A stretch of DNA of 64,000 nucleotides from Planctomycetota bacterium (GCA_038227875.1 JBBRPR010000026.1:41930-105929), one strand, 5' to 3'; counted from the first letter of the stretch, positions 47,179 to 56,990 are shown. Notes: generated from the sequence alone by a model not told the origin. Program-made: numbers and translations.

Positions 47179-47640
47179 TCACCCATTTCTCCCGCAGCAC
47201 TTCTTAAACTTCCGCCCGCTCCCGCACGTACACGGATCGTTCGGCATCGTCTTCTTCTCCGCCCGTAGGGTGTGTGTCGGAATAATCGGGTCCTGATCGT
47301 CGCTGGCCGGTTGTTCCCGACTTGGGCGCGCTTGCGGTTGGCCGGGCGCTTGGAATTTCGGGCTCTGCCCCGCGTCGCGCGCCTGCTTTTTGGCTTGAGC
47401 TTTCTCCATCGCCGCAAGCTTCAATGCTTCCGGCGGGAGTGAATCGGTGCCGAGGACCGTACAGAAATACGGCTCGACGCCGCTCATCAACGCCGACGCT
47501 CCCGCCCGCTTCGCCGCGGGATTGGGAGCGAACTTGCCGCACTCCATCCGCGTGTAATCGTCGGCATGACAGCAGGGCCGCCCGCCTTGCAGATCGAAGC
47601 CCAGGTGCGGGCAACTGGGAGTGCCTACCATTTGGTCCAT
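47179..47640 (-). CDS. SEC-C metal-binding motif protein with an N-terminal Cys cluster
   Basis: PNDPCTCGSGRKFKKCCG; N-terminal CPH...PCC...C...C. Confidence 0.85.
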   Translation of the reverse strand: MDQMVGTPSCPHLGFDLQGGRPCCHADDYTRMECGKFAPNPAAKRAGASALMSGVEPYFCTVLGTDSLPPEALKLAAMEKAQAKKQARDAGQSPKFQAPGQPQARPSREQPASDDQDPIIPTHTLRAEKKTMPNDPCTCGSGRKFKKCCGRNG

Positions 47641-47644
47641 GCGT

Positions 47645-49270
47645 CTATTGCCCCTTCGCCTTCGTCGTGTCCGGCTTCTCGTTTTTCGCGAACCAGTTCA
47701 GCAGCACTTTTTTGCGGTCGGTGTCGGTCGCCGCGGGTGTGTGATGATCTTTGTCGACCGGCAGATTTTCATGCTCGACGCTCCAGCCCGGCCATTCGCG
47801 GTAGGCATGGTACGACCAGTCCCACCCGTATTCTTCGAAGATGCTGACGCAGTCTTCCAGATACCTCGCCGCGCCTGGCGCCCAGCGGATGGCGCTGAAT
47901 TCGCCGACGTAAATGTGAACATTGTACGCGCGCTGAAAATCGCGCACCGGCTGCAGCACTTTTTTCAGAGCGTCCTTGTCGTACTGCTTGCCGTCAATCG
48001 TGCCGGGGTAGGTGATGCCCACCGTTTTGCTGAAGACGCCCTGATGCGTAAACGTGTGCGGCGTATACATGTGAACCTGGTAGACGACGTTGGGCACGTC
48101 AATGGGCGTCAGCCATGCGAACGCTTCCGGCGAATCCCAGTTCTCCGATTCGATGATGATCGCCGTCTTCGCATCGATCGCGCGGATCGCCCTGGCAGCG
48201 CGAACTTGCGTGGCGAGGCTGTCCATGCCCGGCAGCGTGAGCTTGTTGCAGGTCGGCTCGTTGACCAGGTCGTAACCCCAGACCGCGGAATTGTCCTTGT
48301 AGCGTTTGGCGATCTTCTCCCAGACCGCGACGAAATGGTCCTGGTACTTCTTTTCGTAGAACATCGCCATGTCGCGATTTTCGTCGCGTCCGCCGGGTGG
48401 CGAATGCAGATCGATCACCGCCTTGATGCCGTACTTTTTGCACGCCGCGAGCGCCTGATCGAGCTCGTCGAGACGGCCGTTGAGCCACGAGTCATATTCG
48501 TCGAGGTCCCGCTCCGTGCCGTTCTGCCCCCAGTTGCGCGTGATCTGCCAGCGGATCAGATTTGCCTTCCACTCCATGCCAAGATTGCGCAGATCCTCAT
48601 CCTTGAACGCATTCGGCGACATCACCCCGCGCAATCGCGGCAGATCGTGTCCCTTATAAGGAGGCGCGGCCTTGGGATCCGGCTCCGGCAATATCGGCGA
48701 GCGAGTCCGCAAGATTTTCGCGCGAAGTTCCCGGAACCACGCCTTGCCCGAACTGTCCTGAAGACCCAGGCAGATTTCCCCCGCGCCGGCATCCTCGGGA
48801 ATCGGCACCGCGAAGCTCAGCGTTTTCCAATCGAATGTTCCAAAGACGTCGGTCTGATTCACCCAACGCTCGCCGCTCGCCGCTTTGAAATGAAGCATGA
48901 ATTTGACGCCGTTGTAGCCGTGCTCCGGCCGGGAAACGCCGTCCGCTTTTGCCTGGCCTTCGAATTCCAGCGACAGCCCGCGGTACGGCGTCAGGTCGAT
49001 CGGCAGCGCAATCATCTGTGCCACCGGCCGAGCACCCGCTGTCGCTTCCGCGGCCTCGACGCGCAAACTCATTGCGGCTTTCGGCCCGTCCGGCGTCCAG
49101 GTGGTGCTGGGCAGCAGTTTCCACGTCTCGCGATCCGCTGGCGTATCGAAGTCGATCTTCAACACCGTCGCTCCGCGCTCCAAGGCTGGAGCCGCAGCTT
49201 CGCCCGCCGCGGCGGCAAACCCACCCGCGAGCGCCAAAATCAGAATCCATTTCAAAATCGTCGCATTCAT
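47645..49270 (-). CDS. secreted glycoside hydrolase family 5 with an N-terminal CBM-like domain
   Basis: signal peptide; IDLHSPPG, YDLVNEP (acid/base), HMY, VGEFS (nucleophile). Confidence 0.92.
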   Translation of the reverse strand: MNATILKWILILALAGGFAAAAGEAAAPALERGATVLKIDFDTPADRETWKLLPSTTWTPDGPKAAMSLRVEAAEATAGARPVAQMIALPIDLTPYRGLSLEFEGQAKADGVSRPEHGYNGVKFMLHFKAASGERWVNQTDVFGTFDWKTLSFAVPIPEDAGAGEICLGLQDSSGKAWFRELRAKILRTRSPILPEPDPKAAPPYKGHDLPRLRGVMSPNAFKDEDLRNLGMEWKANLIRWQITRNWGQNGTERDLDEYDSWLNGRLDELDQALAACKKYGIKAVIDLHSPPGGRDENRDMAMFYEKKYQDHFVAVWEKIAKRYKDNSAVWGYDLVNEPTCNKLTLPGMDSLATQVRAARAIRAIDAKTAIIIESENWDSPEAFAWLTPIDVPNVVYQVHMYTPHTFTHQGVFSKTVGITYPGTIDGKQYDKDALKKVLQPVRDFQRAYNVHIYVGEFSAIRWAPGAARYLEDCVSIFEEYGWDWSYHAYREWPGWSVEHENLPVDKDHHTPAATDTDRKKVLLNWFAKNEKPDTTKAKGQ

Positions 49271-49310
49271 ACGCGCGAGCCTAATACGCCCAGCCAACCC
49301 GCGCCAGCGC

Positions 49311-49341
49311 GCCGTTTGTAGTCCGGGCGACCGGCTCGGAC
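49311..49341 (+). repeat. GTAG-headed REP copy
   Basis: GCCGTTTGTAGTCCGGGCGACCGGCTCGGAC. Confidence 0.75.
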
Positions 49342-49361
49342 AATCAGAGTCCGTCGCCTCA

Positions 49362-49471
49362 TGTAGTGCACTGTAATATCAAGTCTGTAGCCACGATTGA
49401 TAGAGTTTTCCATCGACTCGGCACTTTCGACGGTGTAATACGATGGCACAGATTATAGTACAGAGCTACAG
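49362..49471. promoter_or_regulatory. probable operator array in the divergent GH5/regulator spacer
   Basis: repeated TGTAR-type boxes: TGTAGTGCA, TGTAATATC, TGTAGCCAC, TGTAATACG, TATAGTACA. Confidence 0.4.
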
Positions 49472-49482
49472 AGGTCGTGCCC

Positions 49483-50577
49483 ATGAAAGCCACCGAGACT
49501 CACGGTTCCGCCCAGATCGCTGCGACACTGAAGAACCGCATGATCGCCGGCGAGATTCAGCTCGGCGCGTACCTCTCCAGCATCCGCACGCTCAGCCACG
49601 AATTCGGCTGCGCGCCGCTCACGGCGCAGCGTGCGCTGAAGCTGCTCTCAGACGAAGGCCTCGTCGTCGCCGAACCCCGCCGTGGCTACCGCGCCACGCG
49701 CCACGGCATGATTCCGAAAACGCACGAGACCGTCGCCTTTCTCGAACTCACGACCGGCTTCGAACGCTACATCGGCGAGCTTTACCACGCGCAGCTCTCC
49801 GCGCTGCAAAACCAGGCGCTGAAACGCGGCTGGATCTCCGCGGTGCTGCCGTATCAGGGCCAGTCGCCGGAGGTCATCGCCGAACAACTGCGCAACATGG
49901 GTGCGACCGCGTTGATTCTGCAGGACATCGGCGACCAGTTTCCACCCGGATTTCCCTCTGCGTTAATGGCGCTGGGGCTGCCGACCGTCGGGCTGGATGA
50001 ATCGTCGCGCGCTCCGGGCATGGACCTGGTGCTGCGCGATGAAATGCAGGGCGCCGCGCTGGCCGCGGAGCATCTCATCCGCAAAGGTCATCGTAAAATC
50101 GGTTGGTACGGGCCGCTCAAAGTCACCTTTAACTCCCGAAGACGCTTCGCAGGCGCGGCCGAAGCCTTGATGCGCGCCGACATCTCCATCGACGCGCAGG
50201 GCTGGCGCGAGATCGACGACGCGTCCGACACCGCCGTCGCGCGAAAATATCTACAGCGCGCCGACAGGCCGCGCGCGATCCTGGCGCTCTGGCAGAGTTC
50301 CGCCCGCGCCCTGGCGCGCGCCGCGCGCGAATTGGGGCTCAAGCTCGGCGAAGATTTGGAACTCGTCGGCTGGTCGCTCGACGAACATCTCGACAGCGAC
50401 TACATCGCCGACTGCCCCGAGCTGCGGAAAAAGTGCGCCGCTGTGACCTGGTCCCTGACCGATGTCGCTCACTCCGTCTTCAACCGCATCGAAGACCGCC
50501 GCCGTGAGCCCGGCCTTCCCACCGCCAAACTGCTGCTGCCGATGAAACTGCGCGTGCCGGCCGCAGTGCGGAAATAA
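49483..50577 (+). CDS. GntR-HTH / LacI-type sugar-binding transcriptional regulator
   Basis: SIRTLSHEFG..PLTAQRAL..L..EG...PRRG, followed by a periplasmic-binding-fold GAALAAEHLIRKGHRKIG. Confidence 0.92.
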   Translation: MKATETHGSAQIAATLKNRMIAGEIQLGAYLSSIRTLSHEFGCAPLTAQRALKLLSDEGLVVAEPRRGYRATRHGMIPKTHETVAFLELTTGFERYIGELYHAQLSALQNQALKRGWISAVLPYQGQSPEVIAEQLRNMGATALILQDIGDQFPPGFPSALMALGLPTVGLDESSRAPGMDLVLRDEMQGAALAAEHLIRKGHRKIGWYGPLKVTFNSRRRFAGAAEALMRADISIDAQGWREIDDASDTAVARKYLQRADRPRAILALWQSSARALARAARELGLKLGEDLELVGWSLDEHLDSDYIADCPELRKKCAAVTWSLTDVAHSVFNRIEDRRREPGLPTAKLLLPMKLRVPAAVRK

Positions 50578-50593
50578 CGGAGCTTAAATTTTC

Positions 50594-52816
50594 ATGCTGA
50601 TCAAGCGTCGTCTACTCTTCGCGCTGCTGTTTTCGATTCTTTCCGCCGCGTGCATGGCGGGAGAGGCCACTGCGGAATTCCTCGAGGATCCGAAGTTCGT
50701 CCCGCCCGAACCGCTCGCGCGCGGCAAGGAGTATCGCCCACCCGGCTCGCCCATCACGACGGAAAAGCAGCCGGTCATCTGGGCCTGGCGCCTGACGCTC
50801 GCCGACGGCTCCGGGCTGGCGTTCGGCGGCCGTTCGCTGCGCACCGAAGACCCGGCCGTGCACACGCAGATACGTCAGAACGGTGAATGGAAATCGATCG
50901 TCGACGAACTGCGCACGAAAAATCCACTGCAGCCGCACCATGACGCGCTGGCCGCGCTGCGTTGGCCGCTGCTTCACATCACTGGCCTTGCGCGCCAGGT
51001 TTATTTTCAGGGCCGCGATGAAGCCGCGGAGAAAGCGTTCCTGGAAAAAGAAGTCGCGCCGAAAGTTTCCGAGCTTACCGCCAAACTCAAAGACGCCACC
51101 GCCGCGCTCGCCAAATCCAATGGAGCCGACGCGTACTGCGCCGCTCAAGTCGCTCTGGCGCAGGCGCATCTCGCCAAAGTTACTCCGGCGCTCGACGCGC
51201 TGGGCACACATATCGCCGGCGAAAAGCTCGACGCGCTCCGCCAGGCGCGCATCGAATTGGAAGAAGCCGCCGATGCGCTCGACGCCGAACCGCCGGTGCG
51301 CGCGCACAGCAAAATCGCCTATGACTCCAAGAGCGGCCTCTTCGCGATCTTCGGCGGCGACCACCTCGATTACCTCTCCAACGATCTCTGGAGTTTCGAT
51401 CCCAAAGTGCAACGCTGGCAGCAGCGCCATCCCAAGACCGCTCCCGAACCGCGCGCGCTTCATTTTCTGGACAGCGACGGCGCAGGAAAATTGAAACTGC
51501 GTGGCGGTTACCTCTATGGCGGCCGGGCCGGTTTCGAAAGTACCTACGGTCACGCTGGCCCCGACGAATGGATTTACGATCTCGCCGCCGATACTTGGAC
51601 TGGCCCGGCCGGCGCGCAAGCTTCCGCCGGTGATCTTCGGCAGTACCGCCAGGGCAACGCGATTCCGGATTTCTTCACGCCCGCGCCGCGTCCGGACGCC
51701 ATTGCCGCGGCCAAGACACTGGCCGATCTTCCCGCCAACGCGTGGGTGGATCTGAAGCCCGCGCGCCGCTTCACGTGGAACCGCGATTGGGGCACGCTCG
51801 CGTTCGACACCGACCGCGACGAAATTTATTGGTACACCGGCGGCCACTCCGCCTATCCCGGCAACGACGTCGCGCACTACTACCTGGCGACTAATTGCTG
51901 GGATCAGCCGGTCGAGACGGAACTGCCGCCCGGTTACATCGGGTCCAACGAGGCGATGATCGGCTGGAGCTTCAACCACCGCCCGTTCATGGGCCACAGT
52001 TACGCTTCGTACGCTTACCATCCGCTGCTGCATAAAATGATCGTCAACGGCCGCCAGACGCTCAACGGCAAGGCTCACGACGCCAACACCTATGTCTACG
52101 ATCCCGACCACGGCGACTGGCAGGAACGCAAACCCACGCCCATTAGCTTCGACCGCCACCACGCCAAGCTCCGCTACATTCCAAATTTCGGCATGATCAC
52201 CTGGTACGCCGACAAACTCTGGAAGTTTGATGACGCCGCGCTGACATGGAGTGCGCTGGACGTGAAGGGCAAGCTGCCCAGCACGATCTGCGATCACAGT
52301 GGACTGATCTTCGACGCCAAGCGCAGCCGCATCCTCTTTTTCAGCGGCGGCAGCTACAGCGGCGTCCCGTATTCCGGCGAAGTTTTTGCGCTGGCGATTC
52401 CGTCACTGGAAGTGACGTCGTTCAAGCCGGAAGGCTCCGAGCACATCGAAGCGCTCTCCTGTTTCAACGCCAAAGGTCAGAAGCAGGATCCCGCTGTCGT
52501 TTGGGTCCTGCGCGAAGTCGCGCACCATCCCGATGCCGATCTCTTCCTCTTCGGCTCCAAACTTTCCGGCGGCTACATGGCCGCGCTCGACGCGAAGACC
52601 AACCGCTGGGTCGGCCTGAAAATCCCCGGCCCATGGCCAATGGGCCTGAGCGCCGGCCTGACCTACGACGCGAAGCGCGACCGCTTCATCGCCGTCGGCA
52701 CGCGCGCCGACGTCTCCGCGTTGAAACTCGACGTCAAATCCGTCGAACTAAAAACCTTCGCCGAGATCGCCGCCGAAAACCCCAAGCCCCCGCCGCCCGC
52801 GCCCGCCGCGAAGTGA
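50594..52816 (+). CDS. secreted kelch/galactose-oxidase-like beta-propeller protein
   Basis: signal peptide; repeated YD....IFGG...DLW.FD....W units. Confidence 0.8.
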   Translation: MLIKRRLLFALLFSILSAACMAGEATAEFLEDPKFVPPEPLARGKEYRPPGSPITTEKQPVIWAWRLTLADGSGLAFGGRSLRTEDPAVHTQIRQNGEWKSIVDELRTKNPLQPHHDALAALRWPLLHITGLARQVYFQGRDEAAEKAFLEKEVAPKVSELTAKLKDATAALAKSNGADAYCAAQVALAQAHLAKVTPALDALGTHIAGEKLDALRQARIELEEAADALDAEPPVRAHSKIAYDSKSGLFAIFGGDHLDYLSNDLWSFDPKVQRWQQRHPKTAPEPRALHFLDSDGAGKLKLRGGYLYGGRAGFESTYGHAGPDEWIYDLAADTWTGPAGAQASAGDLRQYRQGNAIPDFFTPAPRPDAIAAAKTLADLPANAWVDLKPARRFTWNRDWGTLAFDTDRDEIYWYTGGHSAYPGNDVAHYYLATNCWDQPVETELPPGYIGSNEAMIGWSFNHRPFMGHSYASYAYHPLLHKMIVNGRQTLNGKAHDANTYVYDPDHGDWQERKPTPISFDRHHAKLRYIPNFGMITWYADKLWKFDDAALTWSALDVKGKLPSTICDHSGLIFDAKRSRILFFSGGSYSGVPYSGEVFALAIPSLEVTSFKPEGSEHIEALSCFNAKGQKQDPAVVWVLREVAHHPDADLFLFGSKLSGGYMAALDAKTNRWVGLKIPGPWPMGLSAGLTYDAKRDRFIAVGTRADVSALKLDVKSVELKTFAEIAAENPKPPPPAPAAK

Positions 52817-52846
52817 GCTGTTTGTAGTCCGGGCGGCCCGCTCGGA
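52817..52846 (+). repeat. GTAG-headed REP copy
   Basis: GCTGTTTGTAGTCCGGGCGGCCCGCTCGGA. Confidence 0.75.
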
Positions 52847-52891
52847 GAAGCGAGGTCCGGCTACTCTCCCTCGTGGGGTCCATGTTGCTGG

Positions 52892-53092
52892 TCACCACGG
52901 CGGATTCAGAAAGAAGTCCTGAGCACTCAAGACCGTTACAAACGTCCCCATTAGAATAGAAAGCCAATAGAAAATTTCCGACTCGCTGCGATGGTGAACT
53001 CTCCACATGCGACCGAAATACTGCCCGGTCAGAAGTGAATAGCCGGTCATGGACCCGGCGAACAAAGCAACAAGCAGAGTTAGAAACTGCAT
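52892..53092 (-). CDS. small two-TM membrane protein, AT-rich
   Basis: GGAG RBS; two hydrophobic segments flanking HRSESEIFYW. Confidence 0.5.
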   Translation of the reverse strand: MQFLTLLVALFAGSMTGYSLLTGQYFGRMWRVHHRSESEIFYWLSILMGTFVTVLSAQDFFLNPPW

Positions 53093-53239
53093 TCAACTCT
53101 CCAGCGCGAAATCACGCACTTCATCACACATTCGTATAACGGTCCCTGCAGTCAACTAACCACTAACGCGTCCGCATTTCAAGAATGACGTCACGTTCTC
53201 TAACTCTGCTTCACAGTCTTGTGCGCCGACGCGCAGGAC

Positions 53240-53324
53240 GCCCCAACCGGGCGCAATGTGAAAGCCCGGCAACGCCCCGGGAAAATTAGCACGTGGAATC
53301 TCCACAGCTCTGAAAGAGCGAGAT
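53240..53324 (+). repeat. degenerate REP-like element
   Basis: GCCCCAACCGGGCG..AGCCCGGCAACGCCCCGGG..GCTCTGAAAGAGC hairpins. Confidence 0.5.
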
Positions 53325-53409
53325 CGGATCGCTCTGCAGGAACAATTTTAACGCCACGCTTTGCGCAAGAAAACACCCGCTTACGCGTTAATCCAGCAGA
53401 GCGAATCTT

Positions 53410-55062
53410 ATGCAGACACGCCACGCGGACCGTATCGCCACCGGAATTACCAACGTCTCACTGGTAGCCATGGTCGGCGCGTTCAGTATTCGGTTCCTCC
53501 TCTATGGGGAAGATCGTTTCTGGAATGCGATCGCCGAATCGCAGGGCATCGCCGCGTTACTGGGCATGTTGCTGGCCATCTCGCCGGCCTTGTGGCTCTG
53601 GCGAACGTGGATGCTCACGCGCATGCCCGCTTCAACGCGTTCCGTTCGGTGGAGATTCGTTGCGGGACTGTTGAGCTACTGGCTGCTCTGGCTGGGGCTG
53701 CTGCAAGCGCTGGTGATGCGCTTGCCGTTTAGGGAATGGTTTTCGACTCACGCACTGCCTGTCTATCTACTGCTCACCTGCGCTCCGCCCGCGGTGCCGT
53801 GGCTGATGTCCACGATGAAGTGGCTTCGTGGCAAACGGCTAACTGGCGCGAATACAACCGGACTGTTTCACGCGCCGTGGTTTTCGAGCGCCGCTGTCGC
53901 CACGTTGATCTCGCCGCTTGTCCTGCTCTATGGTGGCGCGCTGTACCACAGCTGCTGGACCCCCAGCTTTCTACAACGGCCGCTTGTCTCCTCGTTCAAG
54001 AACATCCGATGCTACACATTTGAGGAGGGCGAAAACACGCGCTGGTTCCTCTGGCACCACGTCCAAGCCTACTGGGCGCTGCCAGCCGACGTCCGCGCGT
54101 GGGCCGCGCGCCGTTGTTTAACGCCCATCTCGACTGAGAACACGCTCGAAAGCCTGGCGGTCATCGAGGCGGCGAGCCGCTTTGGAGATATCCAGTACGT
54201 ACCGGAAGTCACCGCGCTGGCGCTTGACCGCTCGGTGAATGCAGAGATCCGTGCGATGGCGCTGAACATCGTTGAGAACGAATCCGCTTCGCAGGCGGCT
54301 CGCATCGCGCTTCAAATTCACGATGAGGACCGTAACGACAGTTTGGAGAAGTACGCCGCGCGGATGATGGTGCCAGCCGCGGATAAGGAGACGCTAATCG
54401 CCGCCTATTCTGGTCGTTGGCGCTGGGAGATGTGCGAAGGATTGTTTCCTCATTACGTGTCGACTAGAACCAGTCCCGGTACCGAGGCAATCCGCTCCCT
54501 GCTCCAAAGGGACTTGGAATCCAGCCGGGATCCAGAGCAGGTAACGCGACTCCTGACCTACCTGCATCGCGACGCCAAGCCCGGCGTGGACGCCATTGCC
54601 CTGCGGCGTTCTCGCGATTCCAACCCCGCCATCCGGAAAGCCGTGGCGTGCTTTTTTATGGACTGCCAATGGGACGAGCCGGACACCTGTGCGACAATCC
54701 TCGAGCAGGCGTTGCATGACGAAAACCCCGATGTACGCGCAACAATCGTCACGGGAGCCTGCGAAATCCTCCAGTGCCATTCCTTGGTGCGGACTGCGCA
54801 GACGAAAATTCTGGAACAAGCACAAGAGGACATGAGCCCCGAAGTCCGCGCAACGCTTGCGCGGCGCCTGAGCCGCCAATGCTATTATTATTATTACACT
54901 CCCGAGCTCAAAACGCTCCAAGCCTCGCTGCTCAACAAACTGGCCGCCGACTCTGCGCCGGAAGTGCGCCAGGCCTTTCTAGACGCGCTCGCCGATCCGA
55001 AGCAATTCGAGTACATGCCCGAAGTCCGCGCGGAAGTTCAAGCCATCTTGGCGAAAAAATGA
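53410..55062 (+). CDS. membrane protein with C-terminal HEAT repeats
   Basis: about 5 N-terminal TMs; DSNPAIRKAVA, DENPDVRA, DMSPEVRA, DSAPEVRQA. Confidence 0.8.
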   Translation: MQTRHADRIATGITNVSLVAMVGAFSIRFLLYGEDRFWNAIAESQGIAALLGMLLAISPALWLWRTWMLTRMPASTRSVRWRFVAGLLSYWLLWLGLLQALVMRLPFREWFSTHALPVYLLLTCAPPAVPWLMSTMKWLRGKRLTGANTTGLFHAPWFSSAAVATLISPLVLLYGGALYHSCWTPSFLQRPLVSSFKNIRCYTFEEGENTRWFLWHHVQAYWALPADVRAWAARRCLTPISTENTLESLAVIEAASRFGDIQYVPEVTALALDRSVNAEIRAMALNIVENESASQAARIALQIHDEDRNDSLEKYAARMMVPAADKETLIAAYSGRWRWEMCEGLFPHYVSTRTSPGTEAIRSLLQRDLESSRDPEQVTRLLTYLHRDAKPGVDAIALRRSRDSNPAIRKAVACFFMDCQWDEPDTCATILEQALHDENPDVRATIVTGACEILQCHSLVRTAQTKILEQAQEDMSPEVRATLARRLSRQCYYYYYTPELKTLQASLLNKLAADSAPEVRQAFLDALADPKQFEYMPEVRAEVQAILAKK

Positions 55063-55065
55063 TCC

Positions 55066-55227
55066 CTACCGCTTCGTCGCCCCCGGCTTCGTAAAATACA
55101 CCGCCACAAATACCACCAGCAGCGCCGCGATCAGGCCCGCGTCTGCGCCGAGACGGATTCGGCTGAAGACAAAACCGAGCGTCGCGCCGATTGACGCGAC
55201 GGTTACAATCATCAATGTCGCAAGCAT
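55066..55227 (-). CDS. 53-aa two-TM small protein directly after secY (below the ORF-track cut-off)
   Basis: MLATLMIVTVASIGATLGFVFSRIRLGADAGLIAALLVVFVAVYFTKPGATKR*; ATG 3 nt after the secY stop. Confidence 0.65.
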   Translation of the reverse strand: MLATLMIVTVASIGATLGFVFSRIRLGADAGLIAALLVVFVAVYFTKPGATKR

Positions 55228-55230
55228 GCG

Positions 55231-56580
55231 TTACCCCCCGCGCCGGCCCTTGATCTTGCCTCCGCGCTTCAAGAATCCGTCGTAACGTTCCATCAGCATG
55301 TGCGATTCGATGCGCTGCACCAGATCCAGGGCGACGCCAACCACAATCAACAGCCCCGTGCCGCCGAAGAACTGCGAAATCGTGTCGGAAACGGGCAGCG
55401 AGAAACGGATGATCTGCGGCACCACGGCGATCAGCGCGATGAAAATCGCGCCGGCCAGCGTGATCCGGTTCATGACGGCTTCCAGGTAATCGCGCGTGTC
55501 GTTTCCAGGCCGGATCCCAGGCACGAACATGCCGTACTGTTTGAAGTTCTCCGCATGTTCCTTCGGATCGAACAGTACCGCCGTGTAGAAGTACGAGAAG
55601 AAAATGATCAGCATCAACTCGGCGCTCACGTATAGAAACGAGCCGATGACGGCAAACTGCATCATCTTCTGCCACCACATAATCGGAATGCGCGACAACA
55701 TCAGCGGCAGAATCATCAGCGACTGCGCAAAGATAATCGCGATCACGCCGCCGGCGTTCAGTTTCAGCGGCAGGAAATGCTGCTGCTTGAAGCCCACGGA
55801 CGTGCGCCGCGACGTCTGCATGGGAATGCGCCGCTCCGCTTCCGTCACGTAAACCACCGCGACCACCATCGCCAAGAACAAGGCGACCAGCATCAGGATC
55901 TGGCTGGGCCCGATCTTCGAAGGATCCGTGGCGTCGATGGCCGGATCGAATTGGCGCGCGATTTCTTGTATGGCGCTGGGTAAGCGCGACAGAATGTTGA
56001 TTTGAATGATCAACGAGACACCATTGCCCAGTCCGAATTCGTCGATCTGCTCGCCCAGCCACATCAGAAAAGACGATCCGGCGGTCAGTAAAATCACCGA
56101 ACTGAGCATGAAGCCGACTTCATTCCCGACGACGACCATCGGTACGCCGTTGACTTTGTTCCCTTTAAGCGTGGTGCAGATGATGATCGATTGGATCAGG
56201 CATAACGCGGTGGCCGAATAGCGCGTCCACTGCTCCAGTTTGCGCCGGCCGCTCTCGCCTTCCTTGGCGACCTTTTGCATCGCCGGAACAATGGCGCTCA
56301 AGAGCTGAAAAATAATCTGAGCCGAAATATACGGCATGATGCCCAGCGCGAAGACCGAGGCGTTCTTCAAACCTCCGCCCGCGAACAAGTCCAGCAACCC
56401 CAGGACGTCGCCGAGGCCCGTTCCGCGCGTTCCGCTGACCATGCTCGCCACGGCCGCGTGGTTGATCCCCGGCAATGGAATAAACACGCCCACTCTGCAA
56501 AGGACCAGCAGTCCCAGCGTCCACAGCGTTTTGCTGCGGAGCTCCGGAATACGTGTGATGTTTCGAAAGGCTTCAATCAT
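55231..56580 (-). CDS. secY: preprotein translocase subunit SecY
   Basis: FALGIMPYISAQII, WLGEQIDEFGLGNGVSLII, LKLNAGGVIAIIFA, VPGIRPG, GGTGLLIVVGV. Confidence 0.99.
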   Translation of the reverse strand: MIEAFRNITRIPELRSKTLWTLGLLVLCRVGVFIPLPGINHAAVASMVSGTRGTGLGDVLGLLDLFAGGGLKNASVFALGIMPYISAQIIFQLLSAIVPAMQKVAKEGESGRRKLEQWTRYSATALCLIQSIIICTTLKGNKVNGVPMVVVGNEVGFMLSSVILLTAGSSFLMWLGEQIDEFGLGNGVSLIIQINILSRLPSAIQEIARQFDPAIDATDPSKIGPSQILMLVALFLAMVVAVVYVTEAERRIPMQTSRRTSVGFKQQHFLPLKLNAGGVIAIIFAQSLMILPLMLSRIPIMWWQKMMQFAVIGSFLYVSAELMLIIFFSYFYTAVLFDPKEHAENFKQYGMFVPGIRPGNDTRDYLEAVMNRITLAGAIFIALIAVVPQIIRFSLPVSDTISQFFGGTGLLIVVGVALDLVQRIESHMLMERYDGFLKRGGKIKGRRGG

Positions 56581-56827
56581 CTGGACGTCAGCACCCCCAA
56601 CAGGATTCCCGAACGTTACCGTGTCGCGGAGGCACTACAAGGAAAAATGCATTGGACCCCTTATAATATAAACAGGACCCAATATAATTCGCTTGTCGTG
56701 CAAGAAGGGGTCCGTCGGCAACTCGACGGAACTGGCGAGACCTCAGATGAAAATTTAGGTATTAAAGAATACACAAAGCCTATTCCACGGTCTATTATTA
56801 AAGAGTGTCGTAGTATTGCGCTCTGAA

Positions 56828-56925
56828 AATCGCATAGCCAGGCAGGACTTCACGAACCGCCGGCAATCGAGCTTCTCGTATGGTCAGGCCAACGAGGAAC
56901 TCTACTGCCGGCGTCCCATGCGATT
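56828..56925. ncRNA. long nested hairpin, candidate ncRNA (strand unknown)
   Basis: AATCGCAT/ATGCGATT, GGAC/GTCC, GCCGGCA/TGCCGGC, GAG/CTC, TTCTCGT/ACGAGGA and TGG/CCA, all nested. Confidence 0.45.
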
Positions 56926-56990
56926 ACGCCAACCGCCGACGAAGTACAATAATAGTGTTGTACGGGAAAACACCAAACACCATCAAATGC

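Noticed and set aside
54883..54897. (TAT)4TAC microsatellite encoding YYYYY as a phase-variation site
   Set aside because: Short trinucleotide repeat; slippage would keep the reading frame.
56707..56730. GGGGTCCGTCGGCAACTCGACGG resembles a tmRNA 5' end
   Set aside because: No matching T-arm plus acceptor/CCA 3' end downstream; it is explained as a local hairpin (TCCGTCG/CGACGGA).
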